Shown here one piece after another: positions 1-9,374 of a stretch of 64,000 bases of DNA. The notes beneath the pieces were generated by a model. It was not told the origin of the DNA. It searched no databases and was given only the letters and a program-made list of their open reading frames with translations. The translations under genes were made by a program, and so were the position numbers. The stretch's first letter is position 1, and every line of letters starts with the position of its first letter. This stretch comes from an uncultured virus (IMG/VR IMGVR_UViG_3300017771_000002) (taxonomy: Duplodnaviria > Heunggongvirae > Uroviricota > Caudoviricetes), in IMG/VR virus record IMGVR_UViG_3300017771_000002, one strand, 5' to 3'.

Positions 1-156
1 AAGAGAAACTTCTTTTTCGTGTCCGTCATTGAATGAGATCCAAGCGCTGTTATCTTGTTGGAATGTCTCATGAACTAAGACGGTTTGGCCTTGGTAATTA
101 GCGAAGAACTCTTCGCAAGAAACCTCGGCTAATTGATTGATTGTGTTTTGATTCAT
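1..156 (-). CDS. Small hypothetical early-type protein (partial, runs off the left edge)
   Basis: Read manually: ATG at 156, MNQNTINQLAEVSCEEFFANYQGQTVLVHETFQQDNSAWISFNDGHEKEVSL..., open to the window edge. Not in the supplied ORF track. Confidence 0.6.
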   Translation of the reverse strand, partial: MNQNTINQLAEVSCEEFFANYQGQTVLVHETFQQDNSAWISFNDGHEKEVSL

Positions 157-169
157 AGTGCTAGTGTTC

Positions 170-331
170 TTACTTGTTTTCTTTTTCTTCCAGCCACTCC
201 TGCTGCTCTTTCTGGAACTGCTGGCATTCTTTCACGAACTGGCCAGAGACTTCGACAGTTCTATCTACCATCTTATCCCATGCTTCTTCTGCTTTGGCCA
301 TTGCTGCTAGTGCTTCTTCGGTTGCGGTCAT
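170..331 (-). CDS. Small hypothetical helical protein (53 aa)
   Basis: Read manually: MTATEEALAAMAKAEEAWDKMVDRTVEVSGQFVKECQQFQKEQQEWLEEKENK*. It starts 6 nt after a TTGCAC-17-TAGAAT promoter. Confidence 0.7.
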   Translation of the reverse strand: MTATEEALAAMAKAEEAWDKMVDRTVEVSGQFVKECQQFQKEQQEWLEEKENK

Positions 332-337
332 GTGTGA

Positions 338-366
338 ATTCTACTCTGTTTTTCTAAGTGGTGCAA
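338..366 (-). promoter_or_regulatory. Sigma70-type promoter, leaderless geometry
   Basis: Minus strand TTGCAC-N17-TAGAAT-N6-ATG(331), with A-tracts upstream. Confidence 0.7.
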
Positions 367-395
367 GCTCTTTTCGTATAAAAAGAAAACTTTTT

Positions 396-629
396 TTAAC
401 GAGGGCGGGAAGCGTTCGCCGCTTTGCGGTTTTCAAACTTCTCAACACGAACGAACTTCCCTTCGGGAAAAGCCCAGTGTTCGCCATTCTTGATCCGCTC
501 AACTCTTTGTGCGTTGTCGGTCTCGCCCCAAACAAATTCTTTGCCTTGGGCAGTTTTCGTGATGATGACGAAAAACGGGATTTCGTCTGCGTGCTTCACT
601 TTTACTCCGTTGGTGTATATCGTTGCCAT
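396..629 (-). CDS. Small hypothetical early-type protein (77 aa)
   Basis: ORF MATIYTNGVKVKHADEIPFF..., preceded by an extended -10 element (TGcTAAAAT) 6 nt before the ATG. Confidence 0.7.
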   Translation of the reverse strand: MATIYTNGVKVKHADEIPFFVIITKTAQGKEFVWGETDNAQRVERIKNGEHWAFPEGKFVRVEKFENRKAANASRPR

Positions 630-635
630 GCGTGT

Positions 636-690
636 ATTTTAGCACAGATCCGCACGAATTAAAAGCTTTTTTTACGTCTAAAATGCTTTT
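636..690 (-). promoter_or_regulatory. Sigma70-type extended -10 promoter, related to the promoter at 338-366
   Basis: Minus strand ...AAAAAAAGCTTTTAA-N17-TAAAAT-N6-ATG(629), with TG immediately upstream of the -10. Confidence 0.55.
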
Positions 691-928
691 TTTTTGACCT
701 GTAATACAACCCCCCGATTAATATAAAAACAGCATGGCACGTTATCTGGCAAAGTCGGGGGGGGAGTCTTTTCTCAAAAACTCAACATACAAATTATAAC
801 AGTTAGGCGTTGGATGGAAAAAAATAGCGGGGTTATTTTGGGGAAAAGTGCATGCCCAAGAAAAACCAGAATAAAAAAATAAACTAATATGCCGCGAATA
901 TAATACACAAAAACGTGTAGTATAAGGT

Positions 929-1750
929 ATGACATATCGGAATATGCCAGTGGCAGTGGATGCGGGTAATCGTATTTTGGCGACGAAGGCTAGTATAGAT
1001 TTCTCTACTAAAAATCAAGTAAAAAGACAATTGGGCGCGAATATATCTGACGCTGATGATCAGTTGAGGTTTAATGGGGATGTAGACTGCAAGATAAGTT
1101 TGGATTTCGTCTTACAGACTAATTTATTAAATGAGAGATTTCTATTTGATAGCTATCATAACACTGGGCAGAATTCTATGAGTTTCGAGATTGGGGGCAA
1201 TCAATATCAATCTTGTTTTATCGATAGTTTTAGTTTGACGGTTAGACCATTTGAACCAGTAATGGGCAGCGTGACGTTTAGCAGTTACAATCCTGACAGC
1301 GCATTCCCCGGAGGCTTCATTGATGATGGGGTAAATGACGATTTAAATACAACGGATATCATTTACGGTCACACTTGTCTCTTGAGCGGTGCAGGTACTG
1401 TGGTAGCTTCTGATATTATCAATGACTTTAGTTATAATAAAACATACTCAAGAACCCCAATTTATACTTTAGGTTCGCAACAGGCGACAAGCCAAATTGT
1501 TGACGGTGTAGAGGTAGATGTAAACGTTCAGTCTACAGGGTTGAGTCAGATTATTGATTTCAGTGGTAATAAATTATCTAGTGATTTTGGGGTCGCTCTA
1601 CGAGATGTTGACGGTTCTGCGATAACTTACAGTTCATCTAATTTTGATTTAATTGTAAATTCTGGAGCGCATGTAGTTGCGGAAGGTTACTCCGTTGATG
1701 GAGGCGATACTTTAGTAACAAAAGCTACCATTAAAGAAGTTATTCTATAA
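929..1750 (+). CDS. Tail tube-like structural protein (paralog)
   Basis: Beta-rich. Segments CFIDSFSLTV and RTPIYTLGS resemble those in 26382-27197, 28142-29218 and 14049-15185. GTGTAG motif 8 nt upstream. Confidence 0.55.
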   Translation: MTYRNMPVAVDAGNRILATKASIDFSTKNQVKRQLGANISDADDQLRFNGDVDCKISLDFVLQTNLLNERFLFDSYHNTGQNSMSFEIGGNQYQSCFIDSFSLTVRPFEPVMGSVTFSSYNPDSAFPGGFIDDGVNDDLNTTDIIYGHTCLLSGAGTVVASDIINDFSYNKTYSRTPIYTLGSQQATSQIVDGVEVDVNVQSTGLSQIIDFSGNKLSSDFGVALRDVDGSAITYSSSNFDLIVNSGAHVVAEGYSVDGGDTLVTKATIKEVIL

Positions 1751-1771
1751 AAATAAGTGTAATATATACAT

Positions 1772-2497
1772 ATGGCCCGAAGAAAGGTTGCTAAGGAAAA
1801 AGAGGTTCCGTTTGAGTTGCTAGCGGATTTTGAAAGATCGATAAAGTTTAATAAAAGAAATTTTAGATTCAGCCCCAAACAAAAGAAGTTTTTAGATCTT
1901 ATACTAAACGAAGAGTCTAAGATTATTTTTGTTTCTGGCCCTGCGGGAAGCTCAAAGACCTACATGTCCCTGTATGGGATGTTAAAATTATTGGAGGAGG
2001 ACTTCTCTAAAGATATTTTATATGTTCGAAGTATCGCTGAAAGCGCTGATACGGGGTTGGGTAGCTTACCCGGGGACATTGCAGACAAGTTTGATCCTTT
2101 TTTGTGTCCACTTTATGACAAAATGGAAGAAATCGTCGCTTCTGGGGACGCGATCTACTTAAAACAACGCGAAAAAGTGTCAGCGGTCCCAATAAACTTC
2201 CTTCGTGGAGCGAGTTGGCAGAATAAATTAGTTTTTGCAGATGAAGCGCAGAATTTCACGCTAAAAGAATTAACTACTTTGATCACTCGCATAGGTGAAG
2301 ACAGTAAAATTATTATTGGAGGTGATTTTTTTCAGAGTGATATCAATGGAAAAAGTGGATTCAAGCCCATGTTCGAAAAATTCAATGATGATGAATCCAA
2401 AGATATGGGCATTCACACATTTAGCTTTAATGAAAGCGATATTGTGCGTAGTAAAATATTAAAATTCATTATTAAGAAGTTAGAAAGCGAAAAATAG
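1772..2497 (+). CDS. phoH: PhoH family ATPase
   Basis: Walker A GPAGSSKT, LGSLPGDI, FLRGAS, ADEAQN, TRIGE, GDFFQSD and DIVRS are typical PhoH motifs. Confidence 0.92.
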   Translation: MARRKVAKEKEVPFELLADFERSIKFNKRNFRFSPKQKKFLDLILNEESKIIFVSGPAGSSKTYMSLYGMLKLLEEDFSKDILYVRSIAESADTGLGSLPGDIADKFDPFLCPLYDKMEEIVASGDAIYLKQREKVSAVPINFLRGASWQNKLVFADEAQNFTLKELTTLITRIGEDSKIIIGGDFFQSDINGKSGFKPMFEKFNDDESKDMGIHTFSFNESDIVRSKILKFIIKKLESEK

Positions 2498-2531
2498 TGT
2501 AATTACTTACTAATTTTGATATAATTGTAAG

Positions 2532-2855
2532 ATGAGTCACATATTTTGTTATAGTTGTGGGGTTAAGATTGAATATAATTTTGCTAAACCTAATTTTTGT
2601 TCTAAATGCGGGGCAAGTTTTGGAGGGACGCAACAATCTCAAGCTGCGGTGGAGGAGGTTCCCCATCAAACCAAAGCCTCTGTAGTTTCGGATGACGAAA
2701 CTGATGCAGAGTTCGTTCCGCAACTAAGAGGGTTGCAGGTAGAAATTGAAAAACCTAAAACTTTTACGATTGGTTCTTTAGCGGGTCAAAACACACCACC
2801 TGACTATAAGGGGAAGGGATCGTACGACCTGAATGATTTCACTTCTAAACCTTAA
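2532..2855 (+). CDS. Zinc-ribbon protein
   Basis: N-terminal CYSCG...PNFCSKCG. Confidence 0.75.
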   Translation: MSHIFCYSCGVKIEYNFAKPNFCSKCGASFGGTQQSQAAVEEVPHQTKASVVSDDETDAEFVPQLRGLQVEIEKPKTFTIGSLAGQNTPPDYKGKGSYDLNDFTSKP

Positions 2856-3532
2856 TGCCCGAAGAGAAGAAGTATGAAGACTACCAAGACATCATAGATC
2901 GAGCAGTTAAGAAGCAGAGATCAAGGTGGCGTTTAGATGCTATCAAGTGGTTTGACTTCGAAGATGTTGAACAGGTGGTAAAATCACACATCGCCCAAAA
3001 GTGGCACATGTGGGATCAGTCGCGTCCATTGGAGCCGTGGCTTAGTCGTGTAATCACAAATAGGATGTGGAATCTTATAAGAAACCATTATGGATCTTAT
3101 ATCAAGCCTTGTTCTACATGCATATATGCGCGGGATGAATTATGCGCTAAGACCATAAGTGGTAACCAAGATATTTCGTGCAAAGATTATGCCAAATGGT
3201 CAAAGAAGAAAAAATTTGGACTAGAATTGAAAACTGCATCTAGTCTGGATGATGCTGAGCATGTTATAAACGTTAAGTGTAATTCATATTTTGATTATGA
3301 CGCTGATACACAGAAGCTTAACGAGAAAATGCTAAAAAAACTTGGAGAGAAACAATACGGGGCATATCATATGTTATATTTCGAGGATTGTACAGAAGAA
3401 GATGTAGCAAAGTATATGGGGTATAAACTGTCTGATACTAATCGTAAGATTGGCTACAGACAAGTAAAGAATCTCAAGTGTAAATTTCATAAGATTGCAA
3501 TAAGAATTTTAAAAGATGGAAAGGATTGGTAA
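2855..3532 (+). CDS. Phage sigma70-like factor with a Cys-rich insert
   Basis: Region 2-like DFEDVEQ...WDQSRPLEPWLSRVITNRMWNLIR and region 4-like HTH (TEEDVAKYMGY). Insert CSTC..C..C. Confidence 0.7.
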   Translation: MPEEKKYEDYQDIIDRAVKKQRSRWRLDAIKWFDFEDVEQVVKSHIAQKWHMWDQSRPLEPWLSRVITNRMWNLIRNHYGSYIKPCSTCIYARDELCAKTISGNQDISCKDYAKWSKKKKFGLELKTASSLDDAEHVINVKCNSYFDYDADTQKLNEKMLKKLGEKQYGAYHMLYFEDCTEEDVAKYMGYKLSDTNRKIGYRQVKNLKCKFHKIAIRILKDGKDW

Positions 3533-4581
3533 TGGATTTAACAGATGATCAAAAAGAGTATATAAAAAATAATGTGAATAAAGTCACAAATTTAAATGAA
3601 CTCACCCAAAAATGTTTTAGGGATGATGATTTAGATGGTCGAACGAAAGAGGGTCGGGCTGTTCGAAAATACTTAATAGAGAATAATATTGATTATAAAA
3701 CAACCCGCCGCAAACCACAGGACAAAATCGAACTAAACGATTCCCAAAAAGAGTTCATTATCCAGCAAGCTCAGGAAGGAATGTCGTCGTTGGAGATTGC
3801 CAAGCTTATATTTCCAGAAAAGAGAGTAAAGCCACTAAGCAATGAGCAAAGAACGGTCCTCGCACACATCAACGAGGTCAATCCCGATTTCGTCCCATCA
3901 CAAGACTCCGCCGCCGTAAATGATTACGTCCCGCCCAAAAGCCCAAGTCGTGTGGTAAAGAAAATCAATGATGCTACAGGATTAGAGTTAAATGATGGCA
4001 AACTAAACAGGCAAAAGCAAATCTGTATAGATAAGCTCCAAATCAATCTATCCAATAGTAGATTTTTAAAAATCATCAATAATTATCTTAATAAGCCAGA
4101 CAGGGAGTTGTTCGAACAGGAATTTATCCGTTTGAGTTGGGACAAGCCTGATTTAACCGCAGACGAACTCAACCTATACCTTAACGTCTGCAAAGAGGTT
4201 ATTAATTTGGAGGTTGTGTCTGCTCACCTAAACAAGCTTAACGACATGTTTGACGTTGCTGATGACCAGACCGAAATGACCGTACGTCTCGCGGAGATCA
4301 TCAAAGCTAAATCACAAGAGTATCATCAATGTGAAACCCGCATTGAGAATTTAACGAAGAAACTACAAGGTGATCGTGCTGAACGCATGAAGAAGTCCAG
4401 CAAGGACAATGCGTCATTTTTATCCATCGTTCAGATGTTTCAAGAAGAGGAAGAGCGGGAGAATATGGTTCGCATGGCAGAAATGCAAAAAAAGTTAATT
4501 AAAGAAGAGGCTGAGCGGATGGAAGGTATGGCAGAGTGGAAAGCGCGAATCTTAGGTATTAGTCAGGACGATGCAATTTGA
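3532..4581 (+). CDS. Hypothetical HTH/coiled-coil protein, candidate terminase small subunit
   Basis: Two LTDDQKE/LNDSQKE HTH-like starts and a coiled-coil C-terminus, two genes upstream of TerL. ATG at 3532 overlaps the previous stop codon. Confidence 0.45.
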   Translation: MDLTDDQKEYIKNNVNKVTNLNELTQKCFRDDDLDGRTKEGRAVRKYLIENNIDYKTTRRKPQDKIELNDSQKEFIIQQAQEGMSSLEIAKLIFPEKRVKPLSNEQRTVLAHINEVNPDFVPSQDSAAVNDYVPPKSPSRVVKKINDATGLELNDGKLNRQKQICIDKLQINLSNSRFLKIINNYLNKPDRELFEQEFIRLSWDKPDLTADELNLYLNVCKEVINLEVVSAHLNKLNDMFDVADDQTEMTVRLAEIIKAKSQEYHQCETRIENLTKKLQGDRAERMKKSSKDNASFLSIVQMFQEEEERENMVRMAEMQKKLIKEEAERMEGMAEWKARILGISQDDAI

Positions 4582-5587
4582 ATGTAAAGAGTGTGGTCAG
4601 ACGTTCGATACGCAACGTGGTCTACATATGCACATCAAGAAGCACGATATGCTTCTTGGTGACTACTATGTCAAACACTATCCACGTTTCGACAGGCTGA
4701 CTGAAAAACCTATCGAATTCAAAAACGCCAAACAGTACTTCTCTACAGATTTCAACACAACCAAGAACATGAACCTCTGGTTTGAGAAAGCGCCCAAAGA
4801 TGAGGTAAAAAAATATATTTTGGAGAAATTTAAAAAAAGAATAGAAAACAAGAACCTCAAACACGCTCCATCGAGCCTGTATCTGAAGACGGGCGATTGG
4901 CCTACGCTGGACATCATAAAAAAGCTGTTCGGCGGTTACAACGCATTCTGTGAGCAAGTCGGGGTAAGTCCTGCGTATGGAAGTAATGTATGTAAAGAGT
5001 TTTTTGAAGATTATAGCAGTGAAGAGGTTTGGATCGACACAAGAGAGAATAAACCTCTAAACTTTAAAAATTCTTATGTTTTTAAACTGGACTTCGGTGA
5101 TTACACCTTACCACCGAAAAACTACACCCATACTCATGCAGAAAGAAAGTCATTCCAAGATTTCGCCGCTACTGTAACAAATGGTTATGCTAGGTTTATT
5201 AGAGAGATAGAAAGATGCCAAAGTTTGGGGTGTTTCTTATTTATTGTTGTAGAGGCGGATTATAATCAAATTTATAAAACAAATAGTGCTGCTTACAAAA
5301 AATTCAATATGGGATTTGTGTTTAGCAGAATGAGATCTATCGAGGCGCAATTTAGTGACTGTTGTCAATTTGTGTTTAGTGGTTCTAGAGAAGGCAGCGA
5401 GGAGTTAATACCCAAGATCCTCTGCTGTGGTAAGAAACTGTGGAACGTTGACTTACAGTATTTTTGGGAAAAAGAATTAGAAAAAAATGGCTTGGATAGA
5501 AGGCAATCAAGACCTGTACAAGAAGTTCAAAGAAGTAAACGAAGAGATACTTTCCAAAAAAGGATACATCGAAGAAGGAGAGGCTAA
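4571..5587 (+). CDS. C2H2 zinc finger plus ERCC4 (XPF/Mus81-like) nuclease
   Basis: CKECGQTFDTQRGLHMHIKKH, then IDTRE...LDFGDY...ERKS..D...FIREIER...FIVVE. Confidence 0.8.
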   Translation: MQFECKECGQTFDTQRGLHMHIKKHDMLLGDYYVKHYPRFDRLTEKPIEFKNAKQYFSTDFNTTKNMNLWFEKAPKDEVKKYILEKFKKRIENKNLKHAPSSLYLKTGDWPTLDIIKKLFGGYNAFCEQVGVSPAYGSNVCKEFFEDYSSEEVWIDTRENKPLNFKNSYVFKLDFGDYTLPPKNYTHTHAERKSFQDFAATVTNGYARFIREIERCQSLGCFLFIVVEADYNQIYKTNSAAYKKFNMGFVFSRMRSIEAQFSDCCQFVFSGSREGSEELIPKILCCGKKLWNVDLQYFWEKELEKNGLDRRQSRPVQEVQRSKRRDTFQKRIHRRRRG

Positions 5588-7352
5588 GCTTCTACTTTAT
5601 AAGTTCTTAAGAGATAATCCATCTTTTACTTGTGAGTTATTCACTGGTGTGAAATTATTTCCGTTTCAACACATGGCTGTAAAGTCTATGATGGAGACGG
5701 ATTACTTTTTGGGCATATGGAGTCGTGGTATGAGTAAATCCTTCTCTACTGCTGTATTTGCTATTCTAGACGCTATCATGAATCAAGGCGTACAGATAGG
5801 AATCATATCTAAATCATTTCGTCAGTCCAAGATGATCTTTAAAAAGATTGAGGATATCGCTAGAAGCCCGAAGGCTGAGTTTTTATCTCAATGTATAACT
5901 AGAACATCAAAAATGAATGATGAGTGGGTTATGGAGATAGGCTCTAGTAGTATCAGAGCTTTGCCTCTAGGCGATGGCGAAAAGCTTCGGGGTTTCCGCT
6001 TCCAACGTATGATTATTGACGAACTCCTCCTCATGCCTGAAAAGATCTTCAATGAGGTTATTATGCCATTCCTTTCTGTTGTCGAGAACCCTACTGAACG
6101 CCAAGAGATCTATGATCTAGAAACCCAGATGATCGCGGAGGGTGAAATGACCGAAGAGGAAAGAAAACGATGGCCAAATAACAAAATTATTGGTTTATCC
6201 TCTGCATCGTATAAATTTGAATATTTGTTTAAGCTTTATCAACAATACGAATCCCTAATCATCAATGAGAATAAACAAGATGGCGCTCATAGGGTAATTA
6301 TGCATTTTAGCTATGATTGCGCCCCTGCACAGCTGTATGATCAAAATTTGATTAATCAATCTAAATCAACAATGAGTCAGTCTCAGTTCGACCGAGAATT
6401 TGGCGCTGTATTCACAGATGATAGTTCTGGATATTTCAAAGTCAGTAAAATGGCTTCATGCACTCTTCCTGATGGTGAAGGGCAGTGTGTCGAGGTGATT
6501 GGAGATCCCGCCTCCAAATATATCCTCGCATTTGACCCTTCTTGGTCCGAGAGTGAAAGCTCAGACGATTTCGCGATACTTTTGATAAAGATCCACCCAG
6601 AGACGAGAAAAGGCATTGTAGTGCATAGCTACGCCGTTTCTGGCTCAAACCTACAAACTCACATTAGATACATGGCTTATCTACTGACTAACTTCAATAT
6701 TGAAATGGTGGTTGGCGATTACAATGGAGGTGTTCAATTTTTGAGTGCGTGTAAAGAGAGTGGTATATTTAAAAAATTAAATTTAAAAATAGATACGGTG
6801 GACGCTGATTTAGATAACCCTAAAGATTACGCTAAAGGTATTAGGAAGCTCAAGAACGCAATAGACAAATCATCAAGAAAATTTGTGTTTTTAAGAAAAC
6901 CTAGCTCTACATGGATTCGTTTCGCTAATGAAAGTTTACAATCAGCATTCGATCACAAAAGATTATACTTCGCTGGTTCTGCTATGGATGACAACTACAA
7001 TATGCAGAGAAAAGCTAATATCCCTATTGATAATTTGAAGTTCTTGAGGAATCAAGATGCCGAAGAAAAAAACAAAGGAGCCAAGATGATTGACTTTGTA
7101 GAGCATCAAAGAGATATGATGGATCTTATAAAAGTCCAGTGCGCTTTAGTCCAAGTTACCACTTCTCCACAAGGAACACAAAGTTTTGATCTACCCCCTA
7201 ACCTTCGTAAACAGAGGGGCGCTGACAAAGCCCGAAAAGACTCCTACTCCGCTTTGGTTCTAGGTAACTGGGGTATGAATGTATATTTCGACATGTTGGA
7301 TAACCAAGACTCCGATATTACAGAAACATTCACCCCAATGTTTATTTCTTAA
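5487..7352 (+). CDS. terL: Terminase large subunit
   Basis: LFPFQ adenine motif, SRGMSKS Walker A variant, RGFRFQRMIIDE Walker B, and RNase H-like nuclease (LAFDPS...DDFA...KDSYSAL). Adjacent to the portal gene. Confidence 0.9.
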   Translation: MAWIEGNQDLYKKFKEVNEEILSKKGYIEEGEAKLLLYKFLRDNPSFTCELFTGVKLFPFQHMAVKSMMETDYFLGIWSRGMSKSFSTAVFAILDAIMNQGVQIGIISKSFRQSKMIFKKIEDIARSPKAEFLSQCITRTSKMNDEWVMEIGSSSIRALPLGDGEKLRGFRFQRMIIDELLLMPEKIFNEVIMPFLSVVENPTERQEIYDLETQMIAEGEMTEEERKRWPNNKIIGLSSASYKFEYLFKLYQQYESLIINENKQDGAHRVIMHFSYDCAPAQLYDQNLINQSKSTMSQSQFDREFGAVFTDDSSGYFKVSKMASCTLPDGEGQCVEVIGDPASKYILAFDPSWSESESSDDFAILLIKIHPETRKGIVVHSYAVSGSNLQTHIRYMAYLLTNFNIEMVVGDYNGGVQFLSACKESGIFKKLNLKIDTVDADLDNPKDYAKGIRKLKNAIDKSSRKFVFLRKPSSTWIRFANESLQSAFDHKRLYFAGSAMDDNYNMQRKANIPIDNLKFLRNQDAEEKNKGAKMIDFVEHQRDMMDLIKVQCALVQVTTSPQGTQSFDLPPNLRKQRGADKARKDSYSALVLGNWGMNVYFDMLDNQDSDITETFTPMFIS

Positions 7353-7378
7353 CTTTTAAAAGTTAGAAAGTTACTTTT
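7350..7378. repeat. Perfect 16-bp palindrome plus AAAGTTA repeats between terL and portal
   Basis: TAACTTTTAAAAGTTA (7350-7365) followed by GAAAGTTACTTTT. Confidence 0.7.
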
Positions 7379-7397
7379 CGTGTAATATAATATTGTA

Positions 7398-9374
7398 ATG
7401 GCTAGGAAGTATACGAAAAAATCAGACTATTGGAAAAAGTTTAATAAAAACAATAACTTGGAAGATTTAGCTATGAGCCAAGCTTCTGAAGAATCATATA
7501 CCCCAGAATTACTGGGTGAATCATTTTATACATCAGACGCTTCGTATAAGAGTGTGTCTACAGCTAGAACTAACAGGACTAGCTCTTCAAACGCTACAAG
7601 GGTCAATCGCTCAGCAGTAAGTAATACTATCGACAGATTCTCTAGCATACGAAAGGGTATGTTGCCTTACCAGTATGCTGCTGATGGCGTAAATGTTCGT
7701 GAAGGGATCGAGCTATGCCAGAAAGCTTATGCCAACGTTGCTGTATTCAGAAACGCTGTGGACGTTATGTCTGAGTTCGCGAACACTGAAATTTACTTAG
7801 AGGGAGGGACAAAGAAGAGCCGTGAATTCTTCCAACAGTTCTTCAAGCGGATTAACCTTCAAAACCTAAAAGATCAATACTTCCGTGAGTATTACCGTAG
7901 TGGTAATATTTTTGTCTATAGATTTGATGGGGAATTCAACGTGGAGGATTATGCTCGACTTATGAATCAAGTTGGTTCTATTAATCCTTCCGCTAATAAG
8001 ATTCCAGTCAAGTATGTACTACTAAACCCTTTCGACATTGTATCTAAGAGGGCTACCACATTTAATGTCGGGGCATATGAGAAAGTCTTATCTGAGTATG
8101 AGCTTTCCCGCTTACAGAACCCATCTACAGAAGAAGATCAGTTAATTTATGACTCTCTAGACCCTGAGATGAAGAAGCTGATCAAGGATGGTTCATACTA
8201 CACAGATGGAATCAAAATTGAATTAGACCCCAAACGTCTTAGCTTCTCTTTCTATAAGAAGCAAGATTATGAGCCATTTGCAATACCATTTGGATACCCC
8301 GTATTAGAAGATATCAATGCTAAGCTTGAGCTTAAAAAAATGGATCAAGCAATTACCCGAACTGTTGAGAATGTTATTCTTCTTATCACTATGGGTGCTG
8401 AACCTGAGAAAGGTGGAGTTAACGCCAATAACATTAACGCAATGCAGCACCTCTTCAAGAATGAGAGTGTCGGTCGGGTTCTAATATCAGATTACACCAC
8501 TAAAGCTGATTTCGTTATTCCAGATCTGAATAAAGTTCTTGGACCCGCAAAGTATCAGATTCTCAATGATGATATCAAGCAAGGTCTGCAAAACATTGTC
8601 GTTGGAGATGAGAAATATAATTCAACACAAGTTAAAGCCCAAATCTTTATTGACCGTCTAAAAGAAGCTAGAAGTTGTTTCTTGAATGATTTCTTACAGA
8701 AGGAGATCAAGCGTATCGCTAATAGTCTTGGATTCAAGTCATATCCAACTGCTACAATGAAGGATATCGACATGCGTGATGAAACTCAGCTTATGCGTGT
8801 TTCTACCCGCCTTATGGAGCTTGGTATTCTTACTCCTCAACAAGGAATGGAGATGTTCCATAATGGCAAGTTTCCGAATGCGGAAGATATCGCTCCTGCT
8901 CAAAGCGCCTTTATCAAACAAAGGAAAGAAGGTTTCTACAACCCTATTGTTGGTGGAGTGCCAATGATTGAAGACGAAATCTCTGAGAAGTCTCAAACTC
9001 CTGAAGCTGCTGGTAGACCGCATGGCACTACTACAGTAGATGAGCCAAAACTCTCTAACGCAGAATACTCTAGAACAAACATTCAATCCACCATTTACGC
9101 TGTAGAAGCTTTTAATTCTATAGCTAGAGAGAGGGCTGAAGAGAAGTTTGGTAACGAGTTGAGTGAGCAACAAGAAGAGATGGTCACCAAGCTTTGTGAA
9201 TCGATTATTTGCGCTTCTGAGCGTGAACAGTGGAATCAGACCCTTGAAGCTTGTATTGATAATTTCGAACTTATCGAAGAATTAAATGTAATGAACGAGG
9301 TTTTAAGTGTAGCTAATAAGCATAACTTAGAAATTTATCCATCAGCAATTTTATACCATAGTCATGAAAATTAA
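7398..9374 (+). CDS. Portal protein
   Basis: 658 aa immediately after TerL, with a portal-like layout (AVFRNAVDVMSEF...YRSGNIFVY...PFGYPVL). Confidence 0.8.
   Translation: MARKYTKKSDYWKKFNKNNNLEDLAMSQASEESYTPELLGESFYTSDASYKSVSTARTNRTSSSNATRVNRSAVSNTIDRFSSIRKGMLPYQYAADGVNVREGIELCQKAYANVAVFRNAVDVMSEFANTEIYLEGGTKKSREFFQQFFKRINLQNLKDQYFREYYRSGNIFVYRFDGEFNVEDYARLMNQVGSINPSANKIPVKYVLLNPFDIVSKRATTFNVGAYEKVLSEYELSRLQNPSTEEDQLIYDSLDPEMKKLIKDGSYYTDGIKIELDPKRLSFSFYKKQDYEPFAIPFGYPVLEDINAKLELKKMDQAITRTVENVILLITMGAEPEKGGVNANNINAMQHLFKNESVGRVLISDYTTKADFVIPDLNKVLGPAKYQILNDDIKQGLQNIVVGDEKYNSTQVKAQIFIDRLKEARSCFLNDFLQKEIKRIANSLGFKSYPTATMKDIDMRDETQLMRVSTRLMELGILTPQQGMEMFHNGKFPNAEDIAPAQSAFIKQRKEGFYNPIVGGVPMIEDEISEKSQTPEAAGRPHGTTTVDEPKLSNAEYSRTNIQSTIYAVEAFNSIARERAEEKFGNELSEQQEEMVTKLCESIICASEREQWNQTLEACIDNFELIEELNVMNEVLSVANKHNLEIYPSAILYHSHEN

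Noticed and set aside
133..662. Plus-strand ORFs 133-357, 174-662 and 424-642, and minus-strand ORF 341-535
   Set aside because: They are shadows of three minus-strand genes that have clear promoters and more protein-like composition.
735..749. TGGCACG sigma54-like -24 box
   Set aside because: The -12 position reads CTGG rather than TTGC, and no gene start is nearby.
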